From: Caedibacter taeniospiralis
Lineage (GTDB): Bacteria > Pseudomonadota > Gammaproteobacteria > Francisellales > Francisellaceae
Assembly (NCBI RefSeq): GCF_002803295.2
Contig: NZ_PGGB02000003.1
Span: 210 to 32,209, forward strand
Length of the DNA: 32,000 nt
Direction: 5' to 3'
Every line of letters starts with the position of its first letter. Positions within the stretch are counted from its first letter, which is position 1. Below the pieces are notes generated by a model. That model ran no database searches. It saw only the letters and a program-made list of their open reading frames with translations, and had not been told where the DNA came from. Below, one piece after another: positions 18,404 through 28,098 of the stretch. The position numbers and the translations under genes are program-made.

Positions 18404-18454
18404 CCCCTCACCCGGCAAGCTTTGCTTGCCGACCTCTCCCACAAGGGGAGAGGT
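18404..18454 (-). repeat. Two-hairpin repeat, right copy (inverted relative to 18007-18058)
   Basis: Minus strand: ACCTCTCCC-cttgt-GGGAGAGGT C GGCAAGC-aaa-GCTTGCC GGGTGAGGGG. Confidence 0.9.
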
Positions 18455-18526
18455 GAGCCTCGGTAAGTAAACAAATGCAATTTAATCATGATGATATTAG
18501 TCATTAGCTTAAATTTTCACTTAGCC

Positions 18527-19405
18527 TCATATTAAATTCATATTAAATTTCATACTGGTAATAGCCCCGCTTATTGGACTCATTTTTTGACAATAGAGAT
18601 CTCCTCCATCCTTGAAATAAAGCCAAATAATTTCATTAAACTGTTTTAAATCCTTTGAAATGCATTTTATCTTATCGAATTTACCATCAAAATCTGTCAC
18701 CAATTTGCTAATGGAATTATCCGCTTTTTTAACATCAATATGTGCAATCACATGATCACGCATCGATTTAAGCCAATCACCTTCCAAATTATTTTTAATA
18801 GTGGATTCAAGATCTTTCAGCTTATTTTTAACCTCTTCTCTACCAACACGTGGATTAAAATGATCTAAATAGTTAATCATTTTTTGCATAGAAATATCTG
18901 CATTCTTTGATCTATCTGTCAGATGGTGAATATTTAAAATAATTGCGTAAAGCAATTTTCTTTCATAATCATAGAGTAACTGGTCCGTTAACATATAAAA
19001 ATATTCACTTTTCTTATCTTCGCTATACAGCGCAATCACATCCTCTAAAGTTTGAATATCATCCAAAATATTGCCCACTGTGCCCCAAAAAAAATAAAGC
19101 GCCTTATTAAATTTCTCACAATCAAAGCTTATCATATTAATTTCGTTAGAGGTCATAGTTGAAATAATAGCTTTCACAATACTTTCAGCATTTGGATGAT
19201 TCTCCAGCTCACGTACAGGAACACCCGGTTCAATATTTTTATTAAGAACTTTAATAATTAATTGTTCGTTCTTACTTTCAAGTATAAACTCAGCCTCATA
19301 TAATGTTTTCTTTAATTGTCCAAAAAGCTTTTTATCTAGTTTCAGTTCTTTGCATAATGTGCAAAGTTTATATAGCTTATTCAACTCAATCATATTTTTC
19401 TCCAT
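18527..19405 (-). CDS. Hypothetical protein with AbiU2/HEPN-like feel
   Basis: Helical protein containing 'LKSMRDHVIAHIDVKKADNS', resembling the R-D-x-x-x-AHxD region of AbiU2-like proteins; assignment weak. Start set to MEKNMIELN so it does not overlap ligA. Confidence 0.5.
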   Translation of the reverse strand: MEKNMIELNKLYKLCTLCKELKLDKKLFGQLKKTLYEAEFILESKNEQLIIKVLNKNIEPGVPVRELENHPNAESIVKAIISTMTSNEINMISFDCEKFNKALYFFWGTVGNILDDIQTLEDVIALYSEDKKSEYFYMLTDQLLYDYERKLLYAIILNIHHLTDRSKNADISMQKMINYLDHFNPRVGREEVKNKLKDLESTIKNNLEGDWLKSMRDHVIAHIDVKKADNSISKLVTDFDGKFDKIKCISKDLKQFNEIIWLYFKDGGDLYCQKMSPISGAITSMKFNMNLI

Positions 19406-19433
19406 CACAATACCTTCTGTAAACCTTATGTCA

Positions 19434-21491
<2,058 letters not shown>

Positions 21492-21594
21492 CTAAATAAA
21501 GTGTGCTCATCATACTAAAGCTCTTGTAAGTTGGAAAGCTTTGGCAATGCCCTGGTTTTGGTGATGTCATAATCCTAAAAGTCTTTCATTGTTG

Positions 21595-22551
21595 CTATAT
21601 TGCACACTGCATTAACTCTCTCAACATCCCACTTAATTTCCCCCGCTGAAATGACATTAATTGTTCCCTGCCACATGCCTGCATCAATCTGTCATGAGCT
21701 AACAGCCCATAAACAAACCACAAAACATGCGCTATTTCCAAAGCATCTGCCAGATTTTTTTCAGACTCGAACTGCATATAATTTTTGAGGCAGGCATGCT
21801 TGATCTTAAGATAGTCATGATCACGCTCTGTGAGCGCATAATGTTTCCTTACTTGGTATAAACAATTCAGCAGAGAAAAAAATGGGTGTGAGATGGAAAT
21901 TTCACCCAAATCAATGATAGTGATATTTTGCGAGTTATCGCCTATCAACGTGTTGTTGTCATTAAAATCCGGTTGGACGATGGTTTGTTTAATGGCGTAG
22001 CCAGATAATTTTTCGCATAAATCAGTTATCCTTGGATGCAGCTTTTCTAATTCGTTTACTTCCAATTCAGATAACCCATCAGCTATAAACAAATCCTTCT
22101 GTGAAATCGCTTGCTGATATAACTCAGGCAGTTTGTTTAATCTCCAGTCTGGAACACCAATATTAATAAAATCATCCACATGATCTGCAATTGTTATTTG
22201 AAGAGCAGTAAATTGTTCGATTGCTTTGCAAAGCAAGTCAGTATCAAACTTCTTTTTCAAAATGCTACGCAAAGATGTGCCAGCATCTTCCATCAAAAAG
22301 CAATGTAACTCAGCATTATGCGCAATAACGGTAGGCACCTGTGCATGAAATTGGTCATGCAATATTTTGAGAATGTCAGCCTCTAAAGCAATAAGCGCTG
22401 GGGTGGTTTTAAGATAAAAAAGTTCATTCCCCGTGTTGATTCTTACAACACTGGACCAAGGCGTTTGTACAACGGTCTCTGTATTAATTTTAGTTTGTTG
22501 TAGAGTCGCCATGGCCCATTCAAGGGCGTCAGTTAATTTATCGTTAGTCAC
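21595..22551 (-). CDS. APH-like phosphotransferase
   Basis: Kinase-like fold motifs: 'IVQPDFNDNNTLIGDNSQNITIIDLGEISISHPFFSL' (degenerate HxDxxxxN...IDxE); GTG start. Confidence 0.75.
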   Translation of the reverse strand: MTNDKLTDALEWAMATLQQTKINTETVVQTPWSSVVRINTGNELFYLKTTPALIALEADILKILHDQFHAQVPTVIAHNAELHCFLMEDAGTSLRSILKKKFDTDLLCKAIEQFTALQITIADHVDDFINIGVPDWRLNKLPELYQQAISQKDLFIADGLSELEVNELEKLHPRITDLCEKLSGYAIKQTIVQPDFNDNNTLIGDNSQNITIIDLGEISISHPFFSLLNCLYQVRKHYALTERDHDYLKIKHACLKNYMQFESEKNLADALEIAHVLWFVYGLLAHDRLMQACGREQLMSFQRGKLSGMLRELMQCAI

Positions 22552-22684
22552 TCTTTTTTGCTATCCAAACAAGATGTTGATCTTGATCACTTTCTTTTAA
22601 AAGAATTTCAGAGCCATAGTTTTTAAGATATTGTTTGTAAACTGCGGGATCGAGGCTGTAAAAATGAAGTTCTTGGTTGTTCAT
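22544..22684 (-). CDS. Small hypothetical ORF (46 aa)
   Basis: ATG at 22684 reads MNNQELHFYSLDPAVYKQYLKNYGSEILLKESDQDQHLVWIAKKSD-stop, overlapping the APH-like GTG start by 8 bp and 19 bp downstream of the GNAT; not in the supplied track. Confidence 0.4.
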   Translation of the reverse strand: MNNQELHFYSLDPAVYKQYLKNYGSEILLKESDQDQHLVWIAKKSD

Positions 22685-22703
22685 TGTTGGGGCTCCTAAA
22701 ATT

Positions 22704-23124
22704 TCATAATGTTTTCTTCATGAAGTAACGTTTTTGTCCAGCAGGGCAATTCTCAAGAACACCGAAAATCTCATAACCATGCTTTAGATAGAAATCTTTT
22801 GCTTGGTGATTAAAGGTATCCAAATGGATCAACTTGGCTCCCATAGCTTCAGCATCAGCTTCAACTTGATTAAGTAATAAAACGCCCAATCCTTTATTTC
22901 GATAATTTTCATACACAAAAAGCACGTTAATAGCCAAGCATTCTCCTAGATAAAAACAACTTCTAATGCCAGCAATAATTAAGCCGTTCTTTGATAACAT
23001 AATCTTTCAAAACTTCAGTATCGCCATGAAATGAAACTTGCTGGGCAACAAAAGCATTGATTTTATTATTGAGCGCTTCTGCTTCTTCGCTTGTAGCGGG
23101 AGATAATTTGTAATCTGTCATCAT
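22704..23124 (-). pseudogene. GNAT N-acetyltransferase, apparently frameshifted
   Basis: MTDYKLSPATSEEAEALNNKINAFVAQQVSFHGDTEVLKDYVIK in one frame (to stop ...ERLNYCWH*), continuing as NGLIIAGIRSCFYLGECLAINVLFVYENYRNKGLGVLLLNQVE... in the next frame (ORF 22704..23000). Confidence 0.75.
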
Positions 23125-24131
23125 AATACTTTCCTAAGAAAAATCCTTGAATGTTCACGCCAGTATTTTTTTATCTCGCCAATAGGTTGATAGCCATTTT
23201 TCAAATAAAAATCCTCGGCTTGAAAGTCCCATGTATCCAATGTTGAAAAAACACAGCCATATTTAATAGCTTCTTGTTCTGCCGCATTTATTAATTTTGT
23301 ACCGTAACCTTGGTTCCTGAGCTTTTGGTCAACCCATAATGTTTCCAGATAAACTGATTCACTATCAAACTGTGCTTGTATGCCGCCGAGAATTTCTCCC
23401 GAGTCATTTTTCAAAAACACTGAAAATTCTTTGTCTCTAGACTGTCCCATTAGGCGTTCATAATCAACGACCAAACCTTCTGCCACAGCATCTTTGTCGG
23501 CTTGACTTGGCGTGTGATCGACAATTATTTTGTATGCAGCGTTTGGTATCAATTCCGCAGTTTGATCATTAGTTCGAATAATCCAATGAGCTATAGATTC
23601 GGCAACCTGATTTATTGTCAATCTTGTTGTGTCAAAAATTTTAACAAATGCTTTTCTATCCCAAGCCTCCAACTGATCCCAGGGACTAAAAGACAACTCG
23701 TTCCAACAATCTTCTTTCAGTACATGCGGCGCCCACTGCGGATCGCGGGTGTGCATGCGAAGCCAAGCAGACCAGTTCAACATATTTTGATCCGCACCAT
23801 AGGTGTTGCGCTTTTTGAGGCGTTGAATACGTTCGAAATCGCTGACATCTAAAAGACAAAAGTTGATTTTATCTATTTGTTTGGCTGAAGGGCAGCTCAG
23901 TATTTCGCCTAAAACAATTTGACTCAGCAAGCAGGCATCTTTGCCTTCGCTCAATAATTTTTGAAGCCACTTTTCGGTGGATTCTTGACGCCATTTTTTA
24001 TCAGCACCTTCTGGTACACCGATGTCATCAAAATCATAAACGGCGATGCAATCCTTCAGCAGCTCTTTCAAATAAGGCATCACAGCCGTTTTACCGCTGC
24101 CACTGGCGCCGCCTATAAAATATAATCTCAT
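23121..24131 (-). CDS. P-loop kinase-like domain fused to C-terminal GNAT acetyltransferase
   Basis: N-terminal Walker A GGASGSGKT; C-terminal GNAT region LETLWVDQKLRNQGYGTKLINAAEQEAIKYG...AEDFYLKNGYQPIGE. Confidence 0.85.
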   Translation of the reverse strand: MRLYFIGGASGSGKTAVMPYLKELLKDCIAVYDFDDIGVPEGADKKWRQESTEKWLQKLLSEGKDACLLSQIVLGEILSCPSAKQIDKINFCLLDVSDFERIQRLKKRNTYGADQNMLNWSAWLRMHTRDPQWAPHVLKEDCWNELSFSPWDQLEAWDRKAFVKIFDTTRLTINQVAESIAHWIIRTNDQTAELIPNAAYKIIVDHTPSQADKDAVAEGLVVDYERLMGQSRDKEFSVFLKNDSGEILGGIQAQFDSESVYLETLWVDQKLRNQGYGTKLINAAEQEAIKYGCVFSTLDTWDFQAEDFYLKNGYQPIGEIKKYWREHSRIFLRKVL

Positions 24132-24150
24132 AAGATCTTCCTCGTGTTAT

Positions 24151-25149
24151 TTAAGAGTCATACGCTCTCTCTATTGCACCATTCGGCAGAAAAACAGGCT
24201 GCAAGTGTTCAAAGCATTGCATCCGATCGTCACCACCTTCATCAGACAGAAAGATGTATTCACAATAGTCGCCGATGTCTTGGATGATACGTTCAAAACC
24301 ATAGTAGGCGATCGCATCCTGATTGATCTTTATTTGGTCATATCCCTGATAAAATAGTGATTCTTCTTCGTCAGGCGTTAGACCACTATCCCAAATGCCA
24401 GCGCCGATAAACATCAAATCACGCTCGACGGGAGCAAAGATGAGCGTATCCCAGTCAACAATATAAAGGGCGTTTTCTTTATCAACCATCAGGTTCCAGC
24501 CATGCATATCAGCGTGGCATAAAACATAGTCGAGGGGCTGTTTTTGGATCGCGATTGCAAGCTCTTCAGCGCGCTCCACGAGTTTAAGTATTTCGCACCT
24601 TTTTGATTTCAGAAACCGTGCCATTTTTACAGCAACAGGCTCTTCAAAAACTTCATTTTCAATGCGCATAAGAAATGCTTTAACGGTTTCTCGCCATTTT
24701 GAAGAAAACGTTTCCCGCGGTACATCTTTTGTTATTGATGAAGGAATATCGGTGCTATGCAGCCTTTTAATGGCCGCACCAAATTGAACCCACTGATCTT
24801 CTGATAGTTTGGTTTCTACGCCATTACTGCCTTCGACATAAGGGTACAGAATTGCCTTGAAAGATGCCAAGCTTGTCCAAAGTTGCCCTGTTTTGGTTGC
24901 AAGAGGTGGGATCACTTGCTTGATACCGAAATCCGCCAAGTGTTTTGGAACTGATACCGAAGCTTCTAAAAATTTACCGCTCCTTAACTTTAGAAAATAA
25001 TCCGTTTGATTGTTTGTTGTAACACGATAAACATCTGTACTGAAATCAGCGCCAAGGGGAAGAAATGAAATGGTTGCTATATCCAGTCCATATGCATCCT
25101 GCAAACACGCAATGATTTCTTGGTCTTTGAGATTAGGTTTTATTAGCAT
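24151..25149 (-). CDS. Aminoglycoside/spectinomycin phosphotransferase-like, APH(9)-like
   Basis: Brenner motif VLCHADMHGWNLMVDKENALYIVDWDTLIFAPVERDLMFIGAG; overall resembles the APH(9)-Ia type from memory. Confidence 0.8.
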   Translation of the reverse strand: MLIKPNLKDQEIIACLQDAYGLDIATISFLPLGADFSTDVYRVTTNNQTDYFLKLRSGKFLEASVSVPKHLADFGIKQVIPPLATKTGQLWTSLASFKAILYPYVEGSNGVETKLSEDQWVQFGAAIKRLHSTDIPSSITKDVPRETFSSKWRETVKAFLMRIENEVFEEPVAVKMARFLKSKRCEILKLVERAEELAIAIQKQPLDYVLCHADMHGWNLMVDKENALYIVDWDTLIFAPVERDLMFIGAGIWDSGLTPDEEESLFYQGYDQIKINQDAIAYYGFERIIQDIGDYCEYIFLSDEGGDDRMQCFEHLQPVFLPNGAIERAYDS

Positions 25150-25174
25150 GGTCTGTGTACCCCAATATCAGCAC

Positions 25175-25951
25175 TCATGCTTTCCTCGAATAAATATTGT
25201 TTTTAAACAGGGTCTCAAACCCAAGTTTTTGATAGACTCCGAGCCCTGAATCGGAGGACTCTAAAAAGCAATGACGAGCGCCTAATTTTTTGGTCTCTAA
25301 CAGCACATAACGCATGAGATGCGTTGCATATCCTTTGCCTTGAAATTCAGGCAAAGTTCCCAGATCATCGATCCTTGCAATGGCGTTGTCGCACATTGAT
25401 AGAGTAATTGATGCGATTGGTTTTTTCTGTTTGTACAAGCTGAAATGGCGAAGGTTAATATTCTTTTTTAAGGCATTTTCATGGGTTACTGCATAAATTG
25501 AACTAATTTCAATGGTTGATTCAAATGCCCCTATCAACGGCGTCATCCAATCATTTAATTTTTCGTCGTTGCCTCGAATAATTATTTCATCAAAGAAAGC
25601 TGGCAGAGCGGTGGCTCTGAAGTCATCTAATTTAACCGCCATCGAAACTGATTTTCCCGTTTGATGATAACCCATACTACTAAAAACACCTTCTACATCA
25701 GAGGTACAAAACTCTTGTGGGATGACAACAACAAAGGAAAGGCTGCTTTGGTCGTAAAACTGCTTGCCCTTGTTCAAAATCTTATCAAGGGAAGCGGTAT
25801 TTTTTGTGATATAAACAAGATTTAAATCTGCCACTGGAACCCCTGTCATATAGGCATTAGCCCTGTTGTCCAGATTTAAGCATTTTGAGGAAATGCCTCT
25901 GAAAAAATAATCCTCGACCTGGCGGTATAAATTTACTAGTGGAGCGTTCAT
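25175..25951 (-). CDS. GNAT N-acetyltransferase
   Basis: RIDDLGTLPEFQGKGYATHLMRYVLLETKKLGARHCFLESSDSGLGVYQKLGF (Q/R-x-x-G-x-G/A acetyl-CoA motif). Confidence 0.85.
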   Translation of the reverse strand: MNAPLVNLYRQVEDYFFRGISSKCLNLDNRANAYMTGVPVADLNLVYITKNTASLDKILNKGKQFYDQSSLSFVVVIPQEFCTSDVEGVFSSMGYHQTGKSVSMAVKLDDFRATALPAFFDEIIIRGNDEKLNDWMTPLIGAFESTIEISSIYAVTHENALKKNINLRHFSLYKQKKPIASITLSMCDNAIARIDDLGTLPEFQGKGYATHLMRYVLLETKKLGARHCFLESSDSGLGVYQKLGFETLFKNNIYSRKA

Positions 25952-26027
25952 ATTTCTTGCTAACGTAAATCAAATGAAGTGATGATAAATCAATTTCCAG
26001 ACAGTTACGACAGATTTTGAGTTTACT

Positions 26028-26066
26028 ATGTCCTAAAAGTAACGAAATATGACACTTTTAGGACAT
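26028..26066. promoter_or_regulatory. Inverted repeat ATGTCCTAAAAGT-N13-ACTTTTAGGACAT
   Basis: Perfect 13-bp arms in the intergenic region between divergent GNAT and AbiE-like genes. Confidence 0.75.
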
Positions 26067-26079
26067 GCTAGACGCATTC

Positions 26080-26118
26080 ATGTCCTTTAGGTTTCATTAT
26101 TCGTAACCCAAAGGACAT
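26080..26118. promoter_or_regulatory. Inverted repeat ATGTCCTTTAGGTT-N11-AACCCAAAGGACAT
   Basis: 13 of 14 arm positions complementary; shares the ATGTCCT arm with 26028-26066. Confidence 0.7.
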
Positions 26119-26170
26119 ATTGATCATAATCGCTAAATTACGGTTGGTTACACACTTTCTAGAGATAGCA

Positions 26171-26395
26171 TGTCCGTATAATTACAGTATTTGTAACCTT
26201 AGCCACATGCCTGATCATATATTGGCAAACTTCAGCTATTACTCGCATGTTTTAAGTTTATTGTGTGGCTATAATTACATTATTAGTAATTATACATACA
26301 TGCTGATACAAGAAATTAAACATTTTGCTTGCGCTTTTCTGAGAATAGACGTATCATGCTCTTATAATTACACTATTTGTAATTTTGGAAGCATG
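26171..26395. repeat. Three copies of a palindrome-containing block at exact 93-bp spacing
   Basis: TATAATTACAnTATTnGTAA...CATG at 26177-26209, 26270-26302, 26363-26395. Confidence 0.9.
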
Positions 26396-26403
26396 GCAAT
26401 CAT

Positions 26404-27210
26404 ATGAATCTACAGTCTTACATAAAACAGCTCAGGAAATATGGGAAACGAGCCTTCACGATTGAAGAGATTTTGGAAGAATTCAAAGTATCTCGCAATT
26501 ATGCCAGGGTGGCTTTATATCGCCTTATTCAAAGTGGCGACCTTGTCTCCCCGGCTAAAGCTTTTTATGTCATCGTGCCTCCTGAATATCAAACATACGG
26601 TTGTATACCCGCAGAACAACTTATTCCCATACTCATGAAGCATCTAAATACCGATTATTATGTTGCCCTATTATCAGCAGGGTTGTTTCATGGAGCAACC
26701 CATCAAAAACCCGCTAGGTTCCAAGTCATGTTGAATAAAAGGATGAGCGGTAATTTGGTTTTTGGTGATGTTGAAATAGAGTTTATTTACAAAAATTCAC
26801 TCTCTGGGCTTCCAACTCAAGATTTCGTTGTGGATACTGGCTATCTTAAAGTTGCATCACCTGAGCTCACTGCAATCGACTTACTTAATTACCCCTCTCA
26901 TGCGGGCGGGCTTAACCACATAGCAACCGTTTTTTCTGAATTAGCTGAAGCTATAAATTCGGAAAAATTGATAGAACTTGCCGAAAAGATCAATGCCAGA
27001 TACCAATTACAACGTATTGGTTATATTTTAGAGAAAATTGATGTCATGGATGAAGATAAAAAAGCTCAAATCATCGAGGCTTTAGAAGCTTTTTTAAAGG
27101 GAAAAATGAAATATTACATACCCATCGCTTCTGAAATAGAAAAAATGGGTTACCCGAGATCCAAACGATGGAAAATAATAGAAAATACTGAAGTAGAGAG
27201 CGATTTATGA
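26404..27210 (+). CDS. AbiEi-like type IV TA antitoxin
   Basis: Plus-strand reading from 26404 ATGAATCTACAG gives MNLQSYIKQLRKYGKRAFTIEEILEEFKVSRNYARVALYRLIQSGDLVSPAKAFYVIVPPEYQTYG (N-terminal winged-HTH-like); 4-nt overlap with AbiEii-like gene. Confidence 0.85.
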   Translation: MNLQSYIKQLRKYGKRAFTIEEILEEFKVSRNYARVALYRLIQSGDLVSPAKAFYVIVPPEYQTYGCIPAEQLIPILMKHLNTDYYVALLSAGLFHGATHQKPARFQVMLNKRMSGNLVFGDVEIEFIYKNSLSGLPTQDFVVDTGYLKVASPELTAIDLLNYPSHAGGLNHIATVFSELAEAINSEKLIELAEKINARYQLQRIGYILEKIDVMDEDKKAQIIEALEAFLKGKMKYYIPIASEIEKMGYPRSKRWKIIENTEVESDL

Positions 27211-27992
27211 TCCCAAATATTTTTATACAAAATTGGTCTAATCATGTTAAATGGCAAACACCAGCCCAAATTGAACAAGATCTCATTATAAGCAGAGCGT
27301 TAGTAGATTTGTACAACGATCCACACATCAAAGACGCTTTAGTTTTCCGCGGCGGTACGGCGCTCAACAAATTATTTATTAACCCGCCGTCTAGGTATAG
27401 CGAAGATATCGATTTCGTGCAGAAAAACGCTGATCCAATCGGCCAAACAATTAATGCGATTCGTGAGGTGCTCAAACCATGGTTAGGTGAACCAAAATGG
27501 AAAATTACTCAAAGAAGTGCAAAGCTAATTTACAAATACGAATCCATAAACAAGTCTGCATCAAAACTAAAAATCGAAATAAATACGACTGAACATTTTC
27601 AAGTGCTGCCCTTAAAAAAGGTTCCTTTCTCTATGGATTCAGATTGGTTCAAGGGGACGGCGGATATTATTACTTACGAAATGGATGAGCTGATGGCGAC
27701 TAAGTTACGCGCTCTTTATCAGCGTCGCAAAGGGCGGGACTTATTTGATGTATGGTATGTGGCAGATCGCAATTTAATCAACTTGAATCGAGTTTTTGAT
27801 ATTTTTCATCAGTATTGCACTTATAACGATTTGAAGATCACAGGCGAAGAATTTTTACAGAATCTTCAGCTTAAAAAGGATCATCGTGACTTTCATATGG
27901 ATATGAGTGTTTTATTGCCATCGAAATTGCATTGGAATTTCGAAGAAGCCTATCAATTCGTTGTAGATAACGTCATTAGCAGGCTGCCGTAA
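27207..27992 (+). CDS. AbiEii-like nucleotidyltransferase toxin
   Basis: FRGGTALNKLFINPPSRYSEDIDFV (G-G/S...DxD nucleotidyltransferase core), TKLRALYQRRKGRDLFDVWYV; ATGA overlap with upstream gene. Confidence 0.9.
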   Translation: MIPNIFIQNWSNHVKWQTPAQIEQDLIISRALVDLYNDPHIKDALVFRGGTALNKLFINPPSRYSEDIDFVQKNADPIGQTINAIREVLKPWLGEPKWKITQRSAKLIYKYESINKSASKLKIEINTTEHFQVLPLKKVPFSMDSDWFKGTADIITYEMDELMATKLRALYQRRKGRDLFDVWYVADRNLINLNRVFDIFHQYCTYNDLKITGEEFLQNLQLKKDHRDFHMDMSVLLPSKLHWNFEEAYQFVVDNVISRLP

Positions 27993-28098
27993 ATGCAAAG
28001 AATCAAACAGTACAGCAAGGTCTCAACAAGCCTCGCATGCCTGAGTAATGAGAAACTAAGAAAGATTTTGGCAGATAGCAATCTGAGAGGCCACAAAA

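Noticed and set aside
26029-26395. Possible CRISPR array in the AbiE upstream region
   Set aside because: Only three blocks with short conserved cores, 93-bp period and partly similar, palindromic context rather than uniform direct repeats with ~30 nt spacers; no cas genes nearby.
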